This document shows positions 52,722-64,000 of a stretch of DNA of 64,000 nucleotides, one piece after another. Origin of the DNA: Tubiluchus corallicola. Its lineage: Eukaryota; Animalia; Priapulida. Under the pieces are notes generated by a model. That model was not told the DNA's origin, made no database searches, and was given only the letters and a program-made list of their open reading frames with translations. Made by a program: the position numbers and the translations under genes. Each line of letters starts with the position of its first letter. Position 1 is the stretch's first letter. The stretch lies in contig JAQGDQ010000026.1 of NCBI GenBank assembly GCA_030141605.1, forward strand, positions 248,001-312,000, written 5' to 3'.

Positions 52722-55700
52722 ATGCCTCGGTTTTTAGCAAACGATCACTTGCGAATGGTATGATTGGTATTTAAAGTACTTTATATACATAATTTATTTA
52801 TTTAATGATTATGTAAATATTTTCTACAGTTGTGTTTCTTTTCTTGTTTTTCACTTTAAATAAGCTGTCTGGCATTCTAATGTTGTGTCTGGCTTATTAG
52901 GTTTACAAATTGTTTTCCCTGTTAAACCGGTCTGGATTAATTCAGAACTATTAAAGAAATTTGTTATTACAAAAAACTTGTCACATTATCACACCATAAA
53001 TGATATGTTTTCTAAGAATAAATAAAATTCTTTAACCTATTGATTGTTTTTTTTTCAAAGCACACTTAATACCTAAGGCACAAATTGAGGTGCACTTCTG
53101 TTAAGTTTTAGAGGCAGTGCAGCACCTGGTTCTTATGCACTAATTGTGATTGTGCTTATGTTTCAAAAGTCCTAAAGTGGGACACCATGTATGATCCTGA
53201 AGGTGTAATTTTCTAGAGAGTATTTGGCCTGCTAATCTTGCAGTGCTGGCACAGTGTTAACAAAGGAAGGAGGTGTGATTTACTGCATTTGAATGACCTG
53301 AAAGAGTACATACATGTGTCATTGTCTGAGTCATTCATATTAAGTAAAGCAACTTCCGTGGCTTCCTTTTTTTATTGACTAGCAAAAGATAGTTGTTCCA
53401 GTTTATTTAAACAATTTGTAGTAAGTTTACTTCAGGCTTTGTAAATGTCGGTAAAATATAGCACGAATAAAAAATATTCAAGACGGGTGCGGGCGAGTAA
53501 GAGAGTGACTCTCTCTGAGGGGGTCCCATAATATCATTAGCCTAGGGGCCCCAAAACATCATAATCCAGCCCTGTTTACTGTAATTGTGCATGCCTCATC
53601 TGAGATCTGTTAACTTGGGTTGCAATCTTAAGCAGTTTTTCAGCTATTTGAGTTGTGTGTCATCTGTCTGGTAATCCTCATAGTATAATTTTTTATGGAA
53701 ATAAGATAAAATATGAATAAAAGAAAATCATATTTGTATGCTATTAGCAAATTAAGGTGAGAACCTTTATACACTCACAGTGAACGGGTGTACTACCATT
53801 ATTACATTTTATTGCAAACCAACATTCAAATAATAACATACATGCTTGGGTAACATCTCATATACTTAGGTAATTTATAGGACAGTTTGTCAGTCATTTA
53901 ATAGTCAGTCCTATTACCTCCTACCTACCTTCCTAGTGCTCTTGTTACTCTTAAGACATACTGTTAAAGATGAACACTGCTAGTGTTGCAGCCAATAGCA
54001 CCATCATACTTGCAATGCTGCTTATGCTACCATTATGGCTTCCATTATTGTAGCAACTGCTGCTAGTGTATCTGGAATCATTGCTTAGATAGGTAAATAG
54101 GTAGTTAGGAGTCTATAAGTGTCCACTGCCCATTTGATGCTTAAGTTGCCAATGCCCGTATGTCACATAGTGCCTTTGAAAGTCACTATTACAAGGAAAG
54201 GCAAACTGCCCCCGTGTGCACTAACATTAATTGAGTTTCAACTGACTGGCGGTTGGTACAACAGCTGTGATTGGCTAAACATATGAGCACTACATTAGCA
54301 AAGTGTATGTCTAAGGTTTAGGTGGCACTCATAGTGTTCAGGTACATGTCTTAAGCAAAGCCAAAGTGTGGTACTTGAATTCATCTTAGCGGGAGACTTA
54401 CGACATGACTTGAATTGCATTTACGTCCTACAACTAGGCTTGCCATATGCCAGCAGTCGTCCAAGTGGTGTTGTACGCTTTGTACCCGAGTCTAGGATGG
54501 GTAACTACAGATGAGCACATTGGTTTCATTGGTTTAATTCTCTTAGTTTCTTTTTTTAGTTATTCACTACATGTTCACTGATGTAAACAACATATTACCT
54601 GTATTGAAATGATTGGGTTAGTATAGGTATCCTGTGTTTCAGGCTTTGGAGGACAAAAAAGGACTCGTGTCTTCTTTAGCTGTAATACCACCTAAGTGCA
54701 TGAATTCCTCTAAAAGTATTGGTAGAAATACGGACCTTTCAAATGTGATGTTGCATCAGCGATTCTGGCTTTCTGGTAAAAATTGTTCGTTAGATAGCTC
54801 TATCTGTTTGTTGATTAAACATAGTTAATCTTGAAATTGTTATAGCAAAAGTATAGTTTCACTGTGAGCAAACTGCAGAATAAATGTTACATACCAATTT
54901 AAAGTGTACTTGGATATTTTTAATGGAGTGAAATCAACTATGCAGAACAGGTTTTTCCAGTCCACCATTTAAATTGCGCAGTACTTCAATTTTTGTGACG
55001 TTTGTTAAATAACTCTTTGGCGATAGTATTAATGTATGGTGTTAGCCATTCGTTGTGTAAGTTTTGCAAATCAAGTAAAAAGACATACTTCAGACAATGG
55101 CAAAGACTAAGTGAATTGGGACTTGCCTGTCTGAAACGTGACAATTCTGCGATTTATGCTAGGGCAACAGTATAAGCCAGTAAGCTAGAGAGAGGATAAC
55201 CTTGTGACATAAAACAGAACATTGGGTCACCACTGTACATCAACCAAAGTGGCATGGATGTTGAACAGGAGAAAATTTTCACCTGAAACACTATAGGGCA
55301 AACTTTACATTTTTACTTTGCAGTGAACAGTTGAATCATTGCTGAAAAGAAGAGCAATTGTCCTGGTAGTGCCAAAACACTATTACCAAGATCAGTAACT
55401 ACAAAAATAGCAATAACTGGCTTTTTTCATTGAGTATGCACATGCCTGAACTTACTATATTATGCATCAAATAACTGTACATGGTATGGAAATGGACATT
55501 CTTTACAAATGTATAATTTTGTTGGCATCTTAGTCATTTACCATTCTCAGTTAAAATTAATTTTTTTCTCGTGTGTTTATAATATTATTTTGTGTACATT
55601 TTCAGTGGAGCAGTATGATTTAGATGATGTATTAGACTTGTCAAACATTAAAGAACAGCTGATTGAAGTTATGGAAAACAACAGTGTGAAATTGCTTGAG

Positions 55701-58700
55701 GATTATAACAGGTATTTTAGGTTTGTGCTTTACTATTTTACATTTGCAGTGTTTTGGTGAGTTTACATTGAACAATAACTAAGAAGTTGCTAACTAATTG
55801 AATGAACATAAATTGAATTTATACTGAATCTAGATCCATCAGTATCTACGAGTCTATATCGGATCCTGAGCAGAATCTTGAAGCGCAAACCTACATCCAG
55901 ACCTGATCCAAACTTAAATATTATTCCCTTATTATTAAAGTGCAAGCACTTGAACCTCTTGTTGCTGTTATGGATAACAAAGAAGTCTCTTCACTGCATC
56001 ATATTTCTTGTTGGAATTACAGGCTTTATTACAATTTGTGTGCAGATTTATTGAAACAGATGCAAAAGCATTGTCTTAAGCATCATTAACATTCTTATCA
56101 TTGTTATTATCTTATAATTATATTTTGCTATAGCCTAAAGACTTTGCTGCATCTGGGTTTCTTTTAGTCAGTTGTGTCAGGTCTGATCTGGATGCTTGCT
56201 AGCTTTAGGGGCTAGATTTGGGTATCAAGGACTGGTTCTGTCCCAGCACTAATTCTCTTATTAAAGGATTAGTTTACCGTGTTTCTGAATTATTTCTTTA
56301 ACATATCGTAGTCTTTTTTCTTCTCTTCTCATGTTTTTGCTCTCTGCTGTCTATAAAATATATTGTACTTTACTTTTAGCTATTGTGGTATTCGTCAAAG
56401 AAGTAATGGATTAATTGAGCTTGTGTCAAATTGTGATTTATCCTCACCATTTGTGATAAATGACAGTAATGACAGCTGCGTGGACTATGACAGCAACGAT
56501 GTGGAGGCGGTACTACCTGAGTATTTTGAGAAGAAAGATGTTAGCCTGCTAACTCCAGAGCTTAAGCTGATAGGTAGTAGTTTGTTATATAAAAAATTGG
56601 TATACATTCTCTGCTGGCTAGAGGCCTCCTGTTTGTCAGTTTGAAACGCAAGTGTTTGTCAAGTAACGTTTACATTTTGTATTTCACTAAACTATTATTT
56701 ATTTTATGTTTGTATTTTTTTACAGTTATATTTATACTTTATATATTTATATTTGTATTACTTTTTTATTTTTACATAATTTTTTTAGTATAATGTTATT
56801 TTGTTTTCATCAGTCTATTTTGATTTACTTTTTTCGAAAAAACAAAAGTCAAATGGATTCTTGATATTTATTATGTGAGAAAGTCTTGTACTTAATTTTT
56901 TTGTGAAGCAGCTTAAAGTCGATTGGTCAAAGGAAAACCGGCTTTTAACATTAAATTGTTGTGCTGGAAAATGTGTTGTTTTGCATTATTCCATTGTCAT
57001 AAAAATATCTGATATTTACACTATAGTATACTGTACGTATACGACTTTATATAATTGCTTTTATAAATTGCGAGGCACTTTGATGTAACATTCTATTTTC
57101 GTGTAACTTCTAGTAAAGACTCACTTCAATATTCATTTCAGGCAATTTGCAATTTTTGGAGGAATTGTTAGTAATGGACACACTTTCTGAGTTCCTCGAT
57201 AGACCAGATTGTTTTGAAATTTGCAGAAAGTTGCTGCCGTGTGCAGTAGAAGATCCATTCTTGGCCGATAATGGCATTTTGCGTACAGCAGAGATGATGT
57301 TAGGGTGAAATTTTGACTATTTTTCTAGATATTCAATTTTATATGTACTTAAAAGTTTTATATAACTATCTTATTTTAAGGACAATTCACTTTAATGATA
57401 TTGAACTGTTCGATGATGAATTGTTGACTTTGCCTTAAAAGAATTATTTCTTTTTTATGATAACTTTTTGACCTTTTATCACTGTGTTCTAAGAAAGCTG
57501 CTAGTAAAGTCAATGTCCTATACTGTGGATTGTAGAACAGTGAGTATGAAGTGCTCACCAAGCTCAAACAAGACATTCAGTCATACCTTCAAAAAAATTC
57601 CACTAAAACAGTCCACACAGGGACATGTTTCGAATTTAAATTTATCTGCATGCCGTACACTTATCTAATGCGTGCTTGTTTTGCAAACGTAATTAGATTA
57701 CACTAAAATGCAGGTTGTGCGCATGAGAATGTTAACAACTCAGATAAATGACTGCTGAGTCACCTGTGATACTAAAGTTACATGTATTGCATTTTTTTAA
57801 CTTTGGAAGTAGTGTATCACATACAAAAGGTAATGGTATCACAGATAAATAAGCCATACGTTAGACAAGTTACTTTTATTATACGAACGCTATTAAACTA
57901 TTGCACTTTACTTAAAAACTTTTCGCAAGCAGTTTACTGAGTGTTAAGAGACTTGGCTTTATAAATAAACTATATGCATTGTATTAACAGAAAATGCAAC
58001 TTGATAGGTCATTTTGGTCTATAAATCCACCCGTTTTACAAAATCCATTTAACTTCGCACCAGTGTGGATGGGCATACACTGTATTTAGCAGTTTGACTT
58101 CCGAGAATCTGCTAGGTCCTAATGCACACCTGTCTGTCAACTATTATGAGGTTATCTTTATTATTACTAGCGTATTCTCACCTTGCTACTTAAAAGTAAC
58201 ATTGCTTGAATACAGGACACAACTACTTTTGTACAGCGAATTGTGCATACAATTTGTTCTTGAAGTAAATGATGTCTAGACCAGAAAGTTTTCACCTGAA
58301 AGCACAATTATTCTGAGACTTGTCTTGTAGGGCTATAAAGCTAGTCAGCCTGGAGCATTAAAATATACCATTGTTTACCGTGAATCTGTATCAGAGAAAA
58401 TGAAAGACTTTGGTGTAGTCGCTGAAGTTCTCAACCTTTTTGGGCCCACGGATCAGTTTGCTTTCCAAATAAAATACTATGAACTATACTTGGCTTTAGC
58501 CAAAGAAGCATTGCTCTTGGTAACTTTGACAATTAATAAAGGACGAGGAGCAAAAATTTTACTGAAACGGTGTTTCTGTTAGAATACCGTAATTGTTTTT
58601 TATACTTTGCAGTCATACAAATCACGTTCCATTCTTTGACAGAACCTTCACCTAATTCACAAGAAAGTAAAAAAATGTTTTTTTAGCAAGTTGCATTACC

Positions 58701-61700
58701 CCCGCCCAGAAAGTATCCAATGGACCACTAGCTTGAAACAGCTGGCTGTAGGGTTAGTAATTTCTAATTTGACTGAAGAGTCAGTGTTTTGTTTACATTG
58801 ATTAGTAGCACAATATGAGCTACTGGCAAAGAACTGGCTGGACATACCTAACAATGAATGAAGGTTTCAGAATTGTAACACAAACTCTTTCTCAATAGCC
58901 AGCATAGATCTATTCCTTTGGGTTAAATTTTTTGCCCTATTTGTACTTTATTTGAGCTGTGTCAAAAGACAATTTTATCTATGTTATTTTGTTTAGTAAG
59001 GATACTTTCTATTTTGTTTAGTAAGGATACTTTTGGTGAACAGCCTGACAGCGACAAGTCATCTGTTGCTACAGGCAAGATACGCCATTGTGAGCAGTTT
59101 GTGCAGCAGCCACTTCCTACTTTTGAGGTTTGTTAATCTGTAGCATCCATTTTAATGTCATTATAAAGCCAAAGAACTCAAAACATGAGTTTTTATAAAT
59201 CTTTAAAATACAGAGAGAAATCTGTAGGTTGGTTACTTTCTTCAGCCTGCCTATGTAAAATGAACTAGACAATTTAATTTGGTCACCATTTTCAATTATA
59301 GTGGAATTTAGGTGATCAGGCCCAGATTTGTGTACGATTAATAAATTTATGAACTTAGGTGACACCGCTAAGACAGTGTTGTAAATCATATTCACGAATC
59401 TGCCTTTCGGTGCAGATACATCTTGCTAGTAGTTCGATGTTAGCTGGTATTCAAAAAAGCTGTCTCAGACCATGGCTTGAGTAAAAGCATTTTGTTAGTA
59501 GCATTTTCTTACTAGTCACCTGTAATTTTATAAACTGTATCTTTCAGTCTATAATGTTCTGCATCATTTTGAATTATGATTATCGAGGTATAAGAGTGAG
59601 GACATAACACATTTTACTATAATTTTCCTAGGAACCAAATGGAGAGCACTTGCTTTTGCTGGAGCAAGTTGATGATTCTGAAAATATTTCCAGTGTCTTA
59701 GTCTTTGGTGAAATTTTGCATGATGTGCACCCAGATATTGATATAATTCAAACGCTTTTAGAAAGTGAGCTTCAGGAAGGTAGGTAATCAAATAATTTTG
59801 TCTATTATTAGTTTTTACCTTTTTAAGTTTGTTTGATAAAAGTGTCTGAGTTGTTCTTCATCTAACTGATTTTGCAAATATTAATTTTTTAGGATGTTTT
59901 TCTGCAAAGTTTTAACAGTTGTAATTTTATTCAGAATTATTAAAAGATTTTGAATGTTTGTTAGATGATGTAAAATAGCTATTACATTATCACTCTTTCA
60001 ATGTTTTTTATGTTGTGTATTTTGACTTTGTTATAAAAATTGCTTGTCATATTGCTAATAATGGCTGTTTAAAGTTACATTCAGAGAAGAAATATCTTAA
60101 AAGGATCTGCAGGAATAATGATTTTGTTCCATCACTGCATGCTAATCATTTTTAATAATTTTAGTAATCAATTGTAATATAGATTACAAACAGATATGTG
60201 TTAAAGAAAACACTGCAGCCAATCTTGCAAAGCTAGAAAACTTTTCTGATCAAAAACGTCAGTCTACAAGTCTGAATCTCCAAGCTTTAGATATCACAAG
60301 TAAGTAGTATTTGTAATTTAATTGTTATTTATTTCTGTAATCATAGTTCAAGATTTTTAGTTGATAATTAACTCACTTTGTTCATGCTAGAGTAATTACG
60401 GATGACAGAGTAATAATGGGTAATTAGTTAATATCTGGTCATTTCAAGATTATTGATTAATGATGAAATAAACCTACTGTGGATTAAGTCTAAATTTAAA
60501 CCAGACACATTTGAATTAAAAGTCCTTTAATTTGTGTGCAATTTGTTGCAGTTGGTTACTCATAACAATAGTCTTAATTAATTAAGTAGTGGGTTACCTG
60601 TAACCAATAGTCTTGCTTGTTACATAACTATTTTGTAGGCAGCTACTAACGTTTCATGGCATTGTTTACGTACTGAAATAGTTTAATGAGTAAAAGAGAT
60701 GATTTATTAATAGTTAAACTCTGTTTTTCAACTATCTAACAACAGTTATTCTTAAGAGATAATTAAAATGGTATAACAGTACTTTTACTGTTTCATCAAA
60801 ATTGCGCTTGTCAGGTACGTGGCTGTACTTGACTAACTGCTGGCAAAAGAACTGTCTGCAAAACTTATAAGAATCTTTTTGGTTAACTGTGATCTTTGTT
60901 GGTATACAGCTTCCTCATGCACTACATTTTTTTACGTACGAGTCGACATTATTTTTCCATATTTGGATTCTCATGATTTTACAAAGTATTGTGATAGTTG
61001 ATTAACAAAGTTTGTCTGTGTTTTGTCTGGCTGCACAGTGAAGCTGAGAGACTAAGGCACATGATCTTTGCCCGTTCAACTTTATTCAGACAATAGAAGT
61101 ACAATGACAGCTTTCTTTACTAATTGATATCAATATTAAAATTGGAATTCCATGCATAATGTTAATGAAGATGTGCGCTTAGCAGACGTGTGCTTACTTG
61201 CAGCTTTGGATATCGTATTTTAAAAGAGATGTACATTAAACATAGTTATCTTGTGGGCCTTGTTATAGGTGGTTCTCCATTAAAACCAACATTAGCTTCT
61301 GCTACTGATACTATCTTGTTAGAGTCGCCTTTGATGATGAGTGTTACTCCCAATGAACCATTTTTTGGCTTGTCAGATGATTTTGCATTAACTGCATCAC
61401 CTGATAACCACAAAACACTTGTGTAAGTGGCATATGTGTATTCATTTGCATTTATTTGGCTTTAATTCTTTTAAACTTCACTCAAACTGTTTAAGTTCTG
61501 ATGTTCCCAGTGAATTCTTTGTTTGGTGCTAACAGTTGCCTCAGTCTGCTCATCCTTTTTCTTATTTTCAGTTTGATTCATTTGTCGATTCACTTTCTTA
61601 TTGATTGATTAACCAATTTATTCAGTTATTTGTTTGTTTACTAATTTTCATCATGCCAAAAGTTTGTTCATGTATTTACCTATTTTAACCATTCATTTAT

Positions 61701-62071
61701 TTATTTACTTAACCCATTACTTAATTGTCTATTTATTGATTTATTTATTTCTTAGTGCATTCATTCATTTGTTCATTTACTAGTTTGGCACAGTTGAATG
61801 CATAGTTTTCAGTCATTTATGCCTTCATTGATTATTTTATTTATTAATTCATTAATTTTTTCATTAATTTGCTAGATCTTCATCCACTCATTTATTTGTT
61901 GAATTATGAATACATTTAGTCATACATTCATGCTTGGAAGTGGTGCTGACAAGGTATTGGCATAGCTGTGTATAGTTTTGTTGAGTTACTGCTGTGTTTA
62001 GTGTCTTGAGGGCAGATTTCTTTTATTTTAGAATTTGCCTGCCCAAAGTCTACAATAGATGTAATGGGAAT

Positions 62072-62140
<69 letters not shown>

Positions 62141-63716
62141 GATGATGATAATGATGATGACGATGATGATTGATGACGACGACGACTTGTACAATACCTG
62201 TCATTAATGCAAAGGATGCTACGGATAAAAACATCCAGTTTGCTGAATCTTCCATTATCCTTGAAACATTTAATGCATACTCATTATGTAGATGTAGACT
62301 CATTAATGTAGACTCATGATTGTTAAGCAAAGTAAATACCTGACTATTGCAGGAAATTATTGTCTCCTGCTATAGAAAAAGTAATGCAGAGGAAAGCAAG
62401 GGAAAAGGACCAGTTCTTGAGTGAGATCAGTTCCATGTTAATTCTAGGTATAATCCACTTTAATTGATTTTATTACTTGTTCGTCAACTTACTTGACATT
62501 TTTGTAGTCTTTGATTTTTTGTAAATAAGCTGATAAGGCAAAGGGGGTAAAAAAGACTGTCTACTTGTAGTTTTGCCAGAGTGTGCAATGTGTACTGTTA
62601 AAATTCAGATAGATGATCATATTTTATATGACATCCTGGGTTTGTAGTCACATTTGACAGCCTAATAGCTACAAATAGGGAACAAACTTTGAAAAACAGT
62701 ATACTTATTACTGTTGTTTCTTTGTTAATTCCATTAAGTAGCAAATTAGAAAATTATTGCTTTGATTTTATTTGAATACAATGAACTGTAAAATTTGTAA
62801 TTGTAAGGCCCTTACCAGAGAATTCATCCGTACCAATTCTGCATGGCAAGATTAAGTTCTTGATTATGATTAAATAAAATTTATATTGGCTGTTGAAATT
62901 TTTTTCAGAGATGAAAGAAGAGAGCTATGAATCTCTGCCATTTATCAGTGAAACTTTGGGAGTGGTAAAAAAACTGGGACTTGAACAGGATCATAGTGAT
63001 GGCAGCTTGGAATTATCTTTGTCTTGGGATCCTTTGCTGAACTCATGCTCTAAATCTCTTGGTGCTGTTTCAGAAACTTTGTTTTTATTTTGATTGAAAA
63101 GCAAAAGTTTTGTAACAGCTGTTCTTTTTGCTTTTGTTATTTTTATGATGCAGTCAATACTTGCTAGCTAATTTGGACTGATTAGAAAGCAGTCGGGCGT
63201 ATGGCAGCTGCTTACTTGTCTGTTTTACAAAATCTAGTAAATACCTGGTTGGTAACTTTGTTTAGGCAGTAATAACATTGTACTCTCAAACAATTATTCA
63301 AAGGATAGTTTTGCATGCTGCAATTTTTCCTACACAAGTAATGAGTTGTAAGAAATTAACTGCTTGCATATGTTGGAGTCATGTGTGATAAAGGCAAAAA
63401 TGTTTGCACATTGTTCATCATTTTACAATTTCAGATGCTAATACTTTTATGTTGAAACGCATTTAAGAGCAAATGCGACAAAAATGCAGTAAGCCTATTT
63501 TTGGGATAAACTGTTTTTCTCACTTGATTTGTGTCTGTATTATGGAGAGATTGGCAGCACTGTCTGAATTATCTAATTAAAGTATTTGCATATATACTGT
63601 TTAATGGTTGAAGCAATATGGTTGAATTTATCATTTTTCAGTTGGCTGTGAAAAGTACTCCTGCAGCCCGATTCAAAAATTTATACCTGAAACGTTTTCT
63701 AAGGCTAATGTACAAG
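52722..63716 (+). CDS. SHOC1: Large multi-exon gene, N-terminal ~499 aa, continuing beyond the window; probable SHOC1/C9orf84 (MZIP2, Zip2-like meiotic crossover protein) orthologue
   Basis: Phase-consistent GT-AG exons: 52722-52757, 54643-54775, 55606-55711, 56380-56573, 57142-57304, 59022-59127, 59632-59779, 60165(or 60183)-60299, 61269-61422, 62353-62447, 62909-63061, 63642-63716. Collinear motif similarity to the human SHOC1 N-terminus as recalled: RFLANDHL~KYHAIDYL, LAVIPPKCM~LLRIPSCL, HQRFW~FRRPW, KLLPCAVEDPFLADNGILRT~[20 protein letters not shown], LESPL~LEMPL. It is also divergent from UGCG. Gene existence is well supported; identity is moderately supported because the XPF-like domain lies outside the window. 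Confidence 0.72.
55830..56250. mobile_element. Decayed hAT-like MITE
   Basis: Inverted internal motifs catccagacctgatc / caggtctgatctggatg and a terminal cccagcacta. Confidence 0.35.
58422..58744. mobile_element. Decayed hAT/Charlie-like MITE in a SHOC1-like intron
   Basis: Ends ctgaagttctcaacctttttgggcccacgga and ggaccactagcttgaaacagctg resemble CAGTGGTTCTCAA-type termini. Confidence 0.45.
58985..59033 (+). repeat. 25-bp-period tandem duplication spanning a splice acceptor
   Basis: tattttgtttagtaaggatacttt at 58985-59008 and 59010-59033. Confidence 0.95.
61550..61930. repeat. Decayed (ATTC/ATTT)n low-complexity tract
   Basis: Recurrent attc/attt tetramers. Confidence 0.65.
62072..62186. 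repeat. (GAT)n/(GAC)n microsatellite in a SHOC1-like intron
   Basis: Directly visible. Confidence 0.98.
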
Positions 63717-64000
63717 GTTAGTCAATTTTTTAATAGTATATTTATGCAACAAGTTTGTCTTGCTGCATTTTAATGAAATCTATAATTTTATTATGCTTTG
63801 TTATTAGAACAAATGCAGTTTTATCATGTTGTTTCTAGTAGGGCAAATTTTTTAGTCATCCTGCTTTTGATATCTAATTGCTTTATAATTTTCTGTCTCT
63901 TTCTATGTGATTCATTGCGCACATGCTTTTATCACATCGTATACACCATTTATTTTTTAATTGTACCATTAATTTTTATCACGTTATTTTCTAGTAGGGC

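Noticed and set aside
58331-58519. Exon-like open frame (GYKASQPGALKY...ALLL) within the SHOC1-like gene
   Set aside because: It needs a phase-0 entry, but exon 5 ends in phase 2 and splices cleanly to 59022; its second half overlaps a MITE relic.
58998-59030. GTATCCTT U12 donor motifs on the minus strand (twice)
   Set aside because: They are antisense to the gene and a by-product of the K-D-T codons in the duplicated acceptor; no minus-strand exon is adjacent.
59934-59968. Possible extra micro-exon (ELLKDFECLLDD) in the SHOC1-like gene
   Set aside because: It would end in phase 0 with a weak donor, while the next exon requires phase 1, which exon 7 already supplies.
61928-62330. Poly-His and poly-Ser ORFs
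   Set aside because: Translations of the (GAT)n microsatellite inside an intron.

Overview
AT-rich animal (probably invertebrate) genomic DNA containing three intron-rich protein-coding genes that I assembled exon by exon with consistent splice phases. (1) NCBP2/CBP20, minus strand, 4 exons, 151 aa, with a U12-type intron 2. (2) UGCG (ceramide glucosyltransferase), minus strand, 9 exons, 404 aa. (3) A plus-strand gene starting at 52722, head-to-head with UGCG, with 12 exons and about 499 aa before the window ends; its N-terminus resembles the meiotic crossover factor SHOC1/C9orf84 (MZIP2), which I recall is also the divergent neighbour of UGCG in human. The rest is introns and intergenic DNA with an internally deleted Gypsy element (intact 5-bp TSD), LINE relics, MITEs, tRNA-derived SINE heads, a Penelope-type hammerhead relic and simple repeats. 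I found no clearly novel biological system. The best leads are the UGCG-SHOC1 microsynteny, a duplicated splice acceptor in the SHOC1-like gene, a candidate alternative last exon of NCBP2, and several structured RNA/DNA elements. All homology calls are from memory, without database searches.
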